NCBI RefSeq assembly: GCF_030684315.1
Contig: NC_081387.1
Location: 5,002,497-5,066,496 of the forward strand
Reading direction: 5' to 3'
Source of the DNA: Stegostoma tigrinum
Taxonomy: Eukaryota
DNA: 64,000 nt
Part shown: positions 40,401 to 52,800 of the stretch, one piece after another
How positions within the stretch are numbered: position 1 is the first letter of the stretch
How the letters are laid out: each line of letters opens with the position of its first letter
Notes under the pieces: model-generated
Database searches by the model: none
Seen by the model: the letters and a program-made list of their open reading frames with translations, nothing else
What the model was told of the DNA's origin: nothing
Translations under genes and position numbers: made by a program

Positions 40401-41850
40401 GCTATGCCTGCCTCTTTGTAGGTTACGTGGAACAGTCCCTCTTCTGTAGCTACACTGGCCCCATCCCTCGCCTCTTCCTCTGTTACATTGATGGCTGTAT
40501 TAGCATTGCCTCGTGCTCCCACAAGGAGCTCGAACAGTTCATCCACTTCACTAACACCTTTCACCCAAACCTCAAGTTCGCCTGGACCATCTGACTCACT
40601 CTTCTTCCTGGACCCCTCAGTCTCCATCTCTGGTAACCACCTTGAAACCGATATCTATTTCGAGCCCACCGACTCCCGCACGGCACCTCTTACGCACCTT
40701 CCTGCAAGATTGCAATTCTCTACTTCCAATTCCTCTAGCTCCACCATGTCTGCTCTCAAGATGAGGCATTCCACTCCTGAACATCCCAGATATCCTCGTA
40801 TTTCAAGGACCACCCTTCAGTGGTCAAAAATGCTCTTACGTTTCCCACACCCGCTCCCTGCAGCAAAATCAAAGACAGAATTACCCCTTGTCCTCACATA
40901 TCACCCCACTAACCTTTGTGTTCAATGAATCATTCTCCACCACCTCCAATCTGACCTCACTTTCTCTCCCCACCCATACCTGCCTTCTGGAGCGAACCTA
41001 CGTCTCTGTGACACCCTCATCCCTCCACACTTCCCACTAGCCCCACCACCTTCCCCTGCAACTGCAGGAGTTACTATACCTGCCCCTACACCTCTCTCCC
41101 CCCCCCCCCCCAACAAAAACAAAAATCCTTCCACATTAGACAGATGTTCACCCTCATATCCGCTCATGTCGTATATTGTATCCGCTGCGGCCACCTCTAC
41201 ATTGGTGAGGCCAAGCAGAGGATCAGAGAATACTCAGACTTGCGCTTGGTTTGTGACAATGACAACACCTTCCAGTTGAGAACCACTTCAAACACCCCTC
41301 CCATTCCCTGGATGGCATTTCCATCCTGGGCCGTTTCCAGGGTTGCAATAATGCCTCCCGGAAACTGGAGGAGCAGCACCTCATGTTGGAGTTTGGTTAA
41401 GCGGATGAGGATGTCAGTGGAGGGGGAACCAGTTGGGCCTGTGGGAGAGGAAGAAGCGGAGGGCTTTTAGGCCTACCATGTGTGGGATACAAGTGTACAG
41501 GGATTGAATGTCCCTAATGAAGGGGTTTTGTGGGCTAGAGAACGGAGTGTCTCAATGTGGACTTGACCAGTTTTCATATCTCCCCAACCCCATCCCAAGA
41601 GCAACCCTCCTTCCCAATCCCACCCCCTTGACTTGTCAGTCTTTCCCACCTATTTGCTCCTCCCATCTAAAAATTTATCAAACCCCACCACTGCCTACCT
41701 GCACTCATCTATCACCATCCCACTTACCTTCCCCAAGCCTACTCCTCTCCCCATTTATTTGCAGCTCCCTTCTCCCAATTCTGTAGAAGGGTCCCACTCC
41801 GCTCCTCCAGCTCCACACCTGACTCAAGCATTGGCAGTTCTTACTGTCTC
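37462..41850. mobile_element. large inverted Penelope-like complex (RT + GIY-YIG), minus then plus segments
   Basis: ORF 38213-39097(-) has VVYCICCTRCGYLYIGETKRRLGDRFAEH, and the + strand has RT KGMAMGTHMGPSYACLFVGYVE..YIDG. Flanked by a near-perfect repeat tag(a/g)aaaattagag at 37448-37461 and 41851-41864. Confidence 0.9.
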
Positions 41851-43519
41851 TAGGAAAATTAGAGAAAAGTTTTGCCATGAAACAACTTTGAGCAATGAAA
41901 GGAGGAGGAAATCAGGTGACTAGCAAGTCTACAGATGGGAAGTGGTGGTCAGGGAGTGGACAGGTGACAGAGGTAATAAGGAGAATCAGGTCCTTCACTT
42001 GACAAGATACAGCACTCAAAGCTTGTGATTCCAAATAAACTTGTAGGAATATAACCTGGTGTCATGTGACTTCTGAATGTCTAAGGAATCAAGATGAGTG
42101 GAGCTAAAGTTTATGGGGTAGCCATTATTAGTGATGTTAACGTGTCTGAATCAGCTGTCCCCACCACCCCCCCCGCCAAAGTGCTAAGCCTGAATTTTAA
42201 AATTCAAGATTCATGGAAGTAAACTAGTGAAGAACACAGATGAAGAACAGACTATTAAAACTTCAATGGGGATATGAAAGACAATATTGCAGCTTGGTGA
42301 TTTTATAACAGTTAATGAGAAATGACAGAAGTAAACACTAACCCAAAGTTTTAAATCCCTCTATGTACGTGGGGTGGAACACTGCTTGTCCTTCAAAAAC
42401 CTGGCTTGGGAAATCTGGCCCAGGCAGTCAGATTTCCTGTTGCAATAGTTGGGATGTGGGTTAGGTCACCTCAGCATGACAGTGCTGACACAGTTGCATC
42501 ATATGCAGATCTTGTCTCCATACACCTATGCTGTATTAAAGTTTCTCTAGCTTTATTTTCTTCCCCAGCATTTCATGACCCATAGACCACAATCAGTAAG
42601 GATAAGTGATAACACCTTTGCTATATTAGTTCTCAACATCAGTGTCCAGCAAAACTGCATACTCAGCCCCTTACTTTACACTTTGTATATTCCCAACTGT
42701 GGGGCCATATTCCACTAACTCCATCCGGAAGTCTGCTGACAGCATCACCATAAGTCAGATCTCAAACAATGAGACAGAATAGATGGAATGCTTATTAGCA
42801 TGGAGAAGCTGAATATGCTGGGGCAACTTTCCCTGGAGCAGAGACCAAGGTGTAACCTTGACGTTTATTAAACTTGAGGCAAGGATAATGCTAATAGACA
42901 TGTTTTCCCTGGGGATGGGAGAGTCCAAAACTAAGAGCATAGGTTTAAAAAGGAGAGATGAAAGATTTTAAAAAGGGACTAAAAGGGCAACCTTTTCCAC
43001 AGAAGGAGGAGTGTATGGATGGAGTTGCTAGAAGGAGAGGCTGGTACAACTGCAACATTTAAAGGCATCTGGAGGGGTATATGAATAGGAAGGGTTGAGG
43101 GATATGGGCTGAATTCTGGCAAGTGGAACTAGATTTATTTGCAATATCTGGTCAGCATTTCAAATTGAGTCTCTTTGCTGTACATCTGATAGCCATGAAC
43201 TCTTCAAACTAGTTCAAATGTTTAATGGTTAGAACACAGCAACTGTCAGTAAAGAGCCAATAGGAGGAGTTGTGTCCAAATATTTTTTTTAATTAAGTGT
43301 TCCACCATTTCAGCTGAATTTGAGATCATTGAAAACTTAAAGATTGCATCAAATCATTTAGATACAAAACCCAGAAAATTTACAGTGAGATTAAAACATT
43401 TACAAGGCTGAACAGAAAAAACATTAAAACACAGGAGAATCATCTTTAGATGCATGAGCCTAGAAGCATGTACTCTACCAGTCTGCATTGGAAACAAAGT
43501 CCAGTGGTGTAGATATAGT

Positions 43520-43637
43520 TAGAACATAGAACAATACAGCGCAGAACAGGCCCTTCGGCCCTTGATGTTGCGCCGACCTGTGAACTAATCTAAGCCCATC
43601 CCCCTACACTATCCCATCATCATCCATATGCTTATCC
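43520..43637 (-). mobile_element. short CR1 3' end, ~230 bp downstream of the MHC IIB stop
   Basis: Tail and stem-loop resemble 22555-22680. Confidence 0.85.
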
Positions 43638-43868
43638 TTATTTACCATCTGCACAGGGGTAGGACACTGATCAGGATGTTTGATAAGTCACATGCTCCTC
43701 TTGTTTTAAGTGGGATATAAAGCTGCATATAACTGCAAGTGTAAAGTTAATCAAAACAAAGCCAAGGCAAAGTCTGATGCTGAGTGAGCTGCAATTGTAC
43801 GCAAGTTGAAAGAAGCCTGCAGACTGCTGTAATTCTGTCCATCATTCAGCTGGTGTGGATGTGATCAG

Positions 43869-43894
43869 TTAACTGACAGCTGGACCCATCAGAC
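43869..43894 (-). CDS. MHC2B: MHC IIB exon 6 coding part (tail end and stop)
   Basis: TTTTTTTCCAG|GTCTGATGGGTCCAGCTGTCAGTTAA encodes RLMGPAVS* in frame. Confidence 0.82.
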
Positions 43895-46800
43895 CTGGAA
43901 AAAAAGTTACTTGTTTAGGGGAAAAGATCGGTCATCCAGTTAAACCAAACTGCATAATCTCTGCCATTGACATTAATGTACTGGGGAAGCTTTTATGGCA
44001 ATGAAACTTAGTCCAAAATTGACTAAGTAACTATGCATATGGACAGCTGCATAAGTGAATACACTCTGGGAGTCTGCAATTTTTGGGGGTTCTGGATTGT
44101 TTAGCAAGAAAGGAATCTTACTATTTCTAGTCCATATGAATTCCAGTTCCTGAAATGGAGGTGTAGATGCTGGAATCATGTTGCTCATCCCTAATGGCCC
44201 TGAGTCTGTTAACTGTATGCTGTAGGTCAGCAAATGGGAATTGTTTTGAAGCAAAAACTTCTGAAGCATTTCCTTTTAAATGGAGTCCTTTCAGAAGGAA
44301 TCATTAAATCCAACAGGTGTTGTAAAGCAGGTGCCTGCAGAATCATGAGAGAAAGAGGAGAAGGAAGAGTAAGAAATCTGCAGAATAGCATTAAGGCAGC
44401 TTAGTCTTGGGAAGGATTTGATGTGTCTTCAATTTCCATGGAAGAGGAACTGTCATGCAGTCAGTTAAGTAGAATCCTAATGAGTCAAGTCCAGAGTAGT
44501 TGCAGAGTGACTCACAGTATATAAAAGTGTTCAATAAACTGTTGAGGCTCAAGATTTGACTGATTAATCAGTGAGTTAAATGGAGAAGAAGTGATCCATT
44601 AGACTAGGCTTCATCCTAGGACTAGACATTCAACAGCAGTCAGCTGGGCTGCTAACACCAAGCAAGGCTCAGGTTTTTGCTGTTGCCCCCCACACATGAA
44701 AGGAAGGATTTACATGTCTTGTTTTATAATGCTTATATGGGACAGGTTTGTGTACTAAAAACACTGCACAAGTAACTGCCAGCATTAAATGTTCAAGTGA
44801 AAAATGGGGGTTTGGACAGTGAATTTGAATTCTGTCACTGCCACTGGTCATGACCAGTGGATGTTAGGATACAATTAGCCAAAAACTGCTGGAGCATGTC
44901 TTCTGAAAGAAACAATTAAGACTTGACACTTACGTGGGCCATGGTTGGAATCCAGGATAGCTGAAAGAAAGAAAATTGTGTTAGTACTGAACAAGATATG
45001 GTTGTGAAGCAGCCTGTTAAGACACATCTATACTGTTCAAGTCTGTTTGATCAGCACAGCTCAGATGTTGGTATTTGATCAGTCCTGGTTTCCCTGAAAC
45101 TAGTTAACTAAAATTTGATAGTAATTGACATTTAAAAACCAAGTGTCAGGGTATACAGAAGGTTTACAATAGATCAGACTTTGATAGTAGAGTCAGAATT
45201 TATGCATAGCTTTGAGTTTTTAATCCACAACACATGAAATCCCTCTTTCCTTCCTGTGCTGCCCCCACAACTATTATATAGCCTTACTATTAATGTCCAG
45301 TGGAAACAAACTCAGCATATTCAACCTATCCTCCCAAATCTACCTGCTCATTCCAGGTGGAAATCTGGAAAAATCTCCTCTGTACCACATCCAAATTGTC
45401 ATTTCATTGTGCACTTTGATCTTGTATAACTAATACCTTGTATCACAAAATCTTTGTTTCTTTTAACTATTACACAGCCCATTATAAACATGCATTCTCT
45501 ATTCTTTGCCTGCTTCTGTCCTTTTTCTTAAGGCACTGGTTTTCTTCCTGGCTGTTTACTCTTGAGCTAAAGAGTTGCCAGATAACATGGATATGCATTT
45601 ATTATTCAAGAAAGTTATAAATGTTCCTTTGTACTGGATACAAACCTGCAAGGTCTTTTTCAAACAACCTTAAGTTATTAATGTCTTACAGTACTGCTAG
45701 CTCAAAGATCACCATAATATCATTCACAGGGATTACCATTTTGTAAAATAGAATTAGAACTGATTCTATAAGTTTAGGACCTATAGAAATGCCTCAATAT
45801 CTGAATTGACATCTGAAAGACATTTAAGCAACTAAGAGGCATAAGGATGATAGTAAAATGTAGGGTATGCAGGTAGTTTGATCTTAGATTAGGATAATAG
45901 TTGGCACATTGTGGGCCAAAGGGCCTGTACTGTTCGGTGTTCTGTTTTACCCTGATGCTGTCAGGATCTGACAGTTACTGAACTAAACATCTGAAAGTGA
46001 ATGTTTGGACAATAAAGTTGTCCTGAGAAATTACATCCACAGGGACAAGATGCTAGCTTTCAATTTTTTTCCTTTTGTTGCACTGCTGGCCATACATTAA
46101 CCTCAAGTTGCCAATAATCCTCTTACACATGTGCCTTACTACTTATGTTGCAGTCGAGTGGCATTTGTATGGATTGAGGCAGGATGTTAGAATTTGGTAT
46201 TTGTAAGATGCTGGGGGAAAATTCAGTGTGAGGTCCCTTTAATGGAATGTGCTTTTCTATGTTGAGATTTAAACAAAGTATCAGGGGGCAGCGGTTTGAG
46301 AGTCTGCAGGTGCACAGAAAGCATTTGAATTGAAACATTTGTATCAAAATGGCTGTACAGCTAGCAGGCTAAACAGTTTGTTATCAAGACCAGAAGTTTG
46401 ATTTTAGCCAATTTAAGTCTGATAGTTTTGGTCCTCTGTCAAAACTATTGTAATAGGTCAACAACTCAAGGGTATAAACAGGGGCAATTGGGCAAAGGCA
46501 GGAGAAAGCTAATTCTTTGGCAGTTACTCATGCAAGCATTGCTAGCTCAGTTTGCTCCATGTTTTAGAGAAAGCCCTATCTAACTCAAAAAGGTACCTAT
46601 GGTACATCTAGTTAAATGTTCCTGATTAAAGTATTTGATGGAGAAGGCCCCAGACCTTCTGGAAGATGTAACCTGTAATTGTAATGGAGACCAAGTTCTA
46701 ATTTTTAATTAAATTTTTGGTTTAATTAAGTAGGAAAGTTTTTATTGGAAGAGCATACCATTAGAATTGTTTTATTTGAGAGACAGGGATGAGTAAGCTG

Positions 46801-49800
46801 CAGCTTTGAACAAAGACATCTGGTACTGAGCTGAGTGATAAGATAAGGGAGTGAAGGCCAAGCAGTTAGAAACCAGAATGAACTGGACCCAAACTGCTAA
46901 GTTTTGCTTTGCATCATAGACAGAGTTAAAGTACATGCTTAATGAGACAATACATTAACTTTCACACCCATGCTTATGAGACTGCTTAATTAACATAACA
47001 TGTGATGTATGGGAGATAATGGGAACTGCAGATGCTGGAGAATCCAAGACAACAAAATGTGAGGCTGGATGAACACAGCAGGACAAGCAGCATCTCAGGA
47101 GCACAAAAGCTAGGCCTGAAACATCAGCTTTTATGCTCCTGAGATGCTGTGTTCATCCAGCCTCACATTTTGTCATCATGTGATGTATGGAGAGGGTGGG
47201 ACAAGGGACGACGACATAGGAAGATTGTGCACCTTGGTGCTCAGATTGGATGGAGCTAAAAGGGGAGGATCTGGCTGGACAAAATGTATAAAAAAGGGCG
47301 GCTCCCTGACCTGTGTCTCAGGCAATGAGAGGCACCTGATTCTGCAGACTCGTAATAAAGCGCAAGTAACTTGTTTCCAAGACTTGGAGCACGTGAATCT
47401 ATATCTCACATTTGGGAATAGTTAGTACTTGGAGAATTGTTTGGTTTGTTAATAATTCAGTTTGTTCACTGTTAGAGCTAAGTGAATAGTTGCTTTGTTT
47501 ATAGAATATAAAGTTTATTTTCTTTAACCACTCCTTTATAATAGATTGGGGTGTGGAGGAGAGAAGCAGGTTAAACAAATTTTCACATGTAACAGGTTAA
47601 AAGGCAAAGTGCTCCTTGCTGGGTGTCTTGGCTTTAGTTATCCATGGCAGGGTCATCTCCACTTTATAACTGGGGGTAGGTAGTGCAAAGGCTGTGGTAC
47701 TGATGTTCAGAAAACCCTGCTTAGAGGGCGATAAAAAGATTTGACATACCAAAAATATTACAGTTGATAATACTGGCAATGTTACTCTAGTGGGGCAATT
47801 AATTTTTTGGAAAGGAGGAAAATGTTGCTCCAGCTAACAGTAGCCAGTTCCCAAAGGACCATGTCTTGCTAGTGTGTGCCAGACTACTGGATTTATAAAG
47901 GGCAGTTATGATTCCCAGGCACCAATTGCAGCCTCACTTTTTGCATTGTGCTTTAAGAGATTAAGGTTAAATATTTCATTCTTATTCAATTATAAGAGCC
48001 TCACCTTTAGCATTCTTCAGTCTCATTATCACACCAGCCAACAAGATGATCAGTCCAAACACAAAGCCCAGCACTCCGACAATGATCTTTGTTTTTTCAG
48101 ATTTAGTTGTGCTCTCTACTTCTACCAAAAGAATTTAAAGCAACATTTTAAAATAAGACTCAAGCCATAACTAGACTAGAATGCAAGTAGGTACAATGAA
48201 TACTTTAGCTGATTTGATCATAGCTGGAAGTTAATTTCCATTGTAGTACTGAGATTGGATTAATATACAGTATAATCAGATGACAGGATACAGTTCAACA
48301 GGGACCCTAAATCAATATGGACTGCAGTAAGAGAAAAAAGTGAAGGAACTCCTTAAGTGAAAACTCCAGTTTGATGTTGCTGAATTGCTCCAGTAATGTT
48401 CTGGGGTTACTGGACTAGGCATAGTTTTAGTAGCCTCAAGTGCAGTTCACATTCTGGTTCTACCACAATGAGTGGTTCCCTCTGATGTCAAAACGTGTGC
48501 CATTCACAAAAAAGGTAAGATCTGCACATGAACCTCCACCCAAGTGCCTGGATGACTGCAGCTGTAATATTGAAGCCAAAGCTTAATACCTTTCAGGTCA
48601 AAGCAACCCATGCACCATCTTCAACATTCACTCAGTGTTATGTACCCTCTACAAAATTCATTGCAACAACTGAGGCACCTGTGAAAGCACCTTCCAAATG
48701 CACAAATCCCACCCTCCTAAGGGGGCAGGTGTATTGGAGCATCTCAGTTCCTTAGTTGCACAATATTCTGGACTTGGAAACATTAGTTTTTTAAACTGTC
48801 AAAATCCTGGAATTCCCTCCAAGCAATAGGTGTATCTACATCAAAATGGAGTGTAAGTTTTCACCATAGTCTTTTCCAGGGCAAATAAAAATGCTGATCT
48901 ACACACTGAAAATGGCTATGAGACAAAATGGTATTTTTAAGTAAACACTCGTGTTGTGTTCTTGCAATGTACAAAATTTAGGAAGTTACATTTTCATAAG
49001 TCTAGATACATACAATACTACCTAGCCAACCTTAACATGGAATTCCTGTAACACTCCCGGGCTGGACCAAGTAAATATTATCTCTTACCCCAATCCACTC
49101 TCATTGGAGAGGTCAGGCTGCTGTGTTCCACATGGCAGGTGTATTTATCGCCATACACTGGCTCATACTGGAGATACTGGCGAACCTGATACGTCCAGTC
49201 ACCATTTGATAACAATTCGAATGTGACATCAGCATCAGAAACCTTCTGTCCATTTTTCAGCCATGTGACACTGATCTTTGCTGGGTAAAAGCCAACAGCA
49301 TAACAAATTAGGATGGCTGAGGGCCCAGGATGTGCTGATTCTTTTGTTTGGATTGTCACTTTTGGCTTAACTGGAATGGGAACAGAAAATTTTAGAAGCC
49401 AAGTTAATATTTTGTTGTTGTTATCAGTCTTGAGCAGCATGCCACAAAATTTAGAGTGCATAAAAATCATTGGCCAGGTCCAGTGAGGTTGAATTTGATC
49501 CCAGACTGCAAAATGTTAAACATGAGCTAGATTTTATCATAACTGCAGATGCAAGGATGAAGCTCAGTCAAAACTGAGTCACTGAATTCTGGAAAATATT
49601 GCAATAAAAACAAACAATTCAAATGTTTGAAACCTGACCAGCCTAAAGTGGGGACTAGCAACATGCACCAGTGGTATGGGATAGGGTAGATGCTAGTGGC
49701 TATGTTAATTTGAGCAGTAGAATTAATACTATTTGTCTCAAATCTTAAATTTAAATTTCTCTAACTTTGAAAAAAATCAGTGCAAAGCCATGTTGAAATA

Positions 49801-52800
49801 TGATTTTTTTGGCTATGAAGGCATCTGTCAGCCAACTACACCATCCTTTCATTCAGAAGGATGGAGATATGGCTTAAAAATGTTCATAAAGCAGAATAGT
49901 ACAGATGGTGAAACTCAGATCAGCAGCAGGGGAATGAAACTTTTAACATTGCCTCACTCCACAAGTGCTGGCAGACCTGCTGGGTTTCTTCAGCATTGTA
50001 CTTTTGGTTAAATAACACTATGTAGTAGTGATATGATAGTAGCTTTGGCCAGGTTTTACCTGGAGACCACTTACAGAATTGATGGCTTTTGATAATGGTC
50101 ATCAGGTGCCACAGGGTATGGTGGAGGTGAAGATTTTGAATTAGAAATTGTTGTTTTTGTCTATTGCAGTTGCATGAGAAAGGTACCAATTGCTTAAACT
50201 GTACAAGGGTTCCAAAGTTTGAAGTGTTAATGGTTCTTTTCTGCACAGATGCTTCTGTAATTGCTCAGCATTGTCTTCTTTAAGCATCAGTTAGCAGTTT
50301 TATGCATCACTACTTTTGTATCTGTCTGAAAGGAACAGACCATACTGAAACCAAGTCAAAGAATAATGGACCACAGGGAGGGAAATGCCTTCAATACGTA
50401 TCCAGCTACAGGTTTCAAAAAATGTCTTTCTTATACACATGTTGGGAATGGTGCCCATGTCTTATGGCACTGTAATAACCAATACTAGTCAAGGTCATGG
50501 TCTTGAGACACTGATCAGAGGTTGTTATTCAGTTGTATGTTGACTATTGCATATCAATGCAAACTTTAGGCTGGGAATAAAGCAGAAACAGTAGGGCACC
50601 AGGTTCTGAGTTGGTAACCAAGTGATGGGTAGTTGGTCAGTGATAGTGGGAACTGCAGATGCTGGAGAATCCAAGATAATAAAGTGTGGAGCAGGATGAA
50701 CACAGCAGGCCAACCTGGAGCGCGCATGAGAGAGCAAGCGAGCGAGAGAACTGGTTAGGCAGGTGGGGTGAGCTGGGCTTGTTTTAGGATGCAGTAGGGG
50801 AAGGGGAGATTTTGAAGCTTGTGAAGTCCACATTGATACCATTGGGCTGCAGGGCTCCCAAGCAGAATATGAATTGCTGTACCTGCAACCTTCAGGTGGC
50901 ATCATTGTGGCACTGCAGGAGGCCCAGGATGGACATGTTTGAGGAATGGGAGGGGGAGTTAAAATGGTTTGCAACTGGGAGGTGCAGTTGTTTATTGTGA
51001 ACCAAGTGGAGGTGTTCTGCAAAGCAGTCCCCAAGCCACCACTGGGTTTCCCCAATGTAGAAGAGGCCATACCAGGTACAGTGGATGTGGTTATACCACA
51101 TAACCAGATGTGCAGGTGAACATCTGCTTAATATGGAAAGTCATCTTGGGGCATGGGATGGGGTGAGGGAGGTGGCCAAGTGTAGCACTTCCTGTGGTTG
51201 CAGGGGAAGGTGCCGGGTGTGGTGGGGTTGGAGGGTAGTGTGGAGTGGACAAAGGAGTCCTGGAGAGTGGTCTCTCCAGAAGAGAGAAAAGGGTGGGGAT
51301 GGAAAAATGTCTTGGATGGTGGGATCAGATTGTAGATGGCAGAAGTGTTGGAGGATGATATGTTGTATCCAGAAGTTGGTGGGATGGTGTGTGAGGATGA
51401 GGGGGATTCTTAGGGCAGTTATTACAGGGGCAGGGTGTGAGGGATGTGTTGCAGGAAATGTGGGAGACAGTCAAGGGTGTATTCAACCACTGCCAGCAGG
51501 GGGGGGGGGAAGAAGGTGGTGAATGGTCAGGTAAATGGTGAAGTGGATGAACTTTGAGCTCCTCTTGGAGCATGAGGTGGCACCAATACAATCGATTTAA
51601 TGTAAGGAGGTGGGGGTTGGGGCTGGTGTAGGTGTGGAAGAGGGACTGTTCCACATACCCTACAAAGAGGCAGGCATAGCTTGGGCCCATGTGGGTACCC
51701 ATGGCCACACCCTTTGTCTGTAGGAAGTGGGAGGAATTGAAGGAGAAGTTGTTGAGGGTGAGGACACGTTCAGCTAGGTGGATGAGGGCATTGGTGGACA
51801 GGTACTGATCAGGCCTGCAGGACAGGAAGAAGCGGAGGGCCTTAAGGCCATTAGCATGGGGAATGCAGGTGTATAGGGACTGGATGTCCATGGTGAAAAG
51901 TGAGGTGTTGGGGCCAGGGAATTGCAAGTTCTGGAGGAGGTGGAGGGTGTGGGTGGTGTCATGGATGTAGGTAGGGAGTTCCTGGACCAAGTGGGAGAAA
52001 ATGGAGTCCAGATAGGTGGATCCCAGTTGTGAACCATTTTAACTCACCCTCCCATTCCTCAGACATTTCCATCATGGGCCTCCTGCAGTGCCACAATGAT
52101 GCCACCCAAAGGTTGCAGGAACAGCAACTCATTCCACTTGGGAACCCTGCAGCCCAATGGTATCAATGTGGACTTCACAAGCTTCAAAATCTCCCCTCAC
52201 CCCACCGCATCCCAAAACTAGCCCAGTTCGTCCCCTCCCCCCACTGCATCCCAAAACCAGTCCAACCTGTCTGTGCCTCCCTAACTTGTTCTTCCTCTCA
52301 CCCATCCCTTCCTCCCACCCCAAGCCGCACCTCCATTTCCTACCTACTAACCTCATCCCACCTTGACCTTTCTGCCTTCCCCAGACTGACCTATCCTCTC
52401 CCTTCTCCACCTTCGGTCCGCCTCCCCCTCTCTCCCTATTTATTCCAGTTCCCTTTCCCCATCCCCCTCTCTGATGAAGGGTCTAAGCCCGAAACGTCAG
52501 CTTTTGTGCTCCTGAGATGCTGCTGGGCCTGCTGTGTTCATCCAGCTACACACTATCTTATGATGGGTAGTTGATGCTTGGTGCTGGTTAGATTGGAGAA
52601 CCCTAGGGAGAGGAGTTTTGGTTGTGGTGGGTGGGGGGGGAGAAGGGGAGGAGAATGCAGTGATTTCTCCAACTACACGGCCATTCGTTTTGTTCAGTAG
52701 CCCCCCCCTTCCCCTCCCCCAGGTGTACCAGATCCCCAGATCCCCGGCCCCAGGCTGCCTGACGGAGCCCCTTTGCCCGGATCAGGGAGATCTGTCAGCC

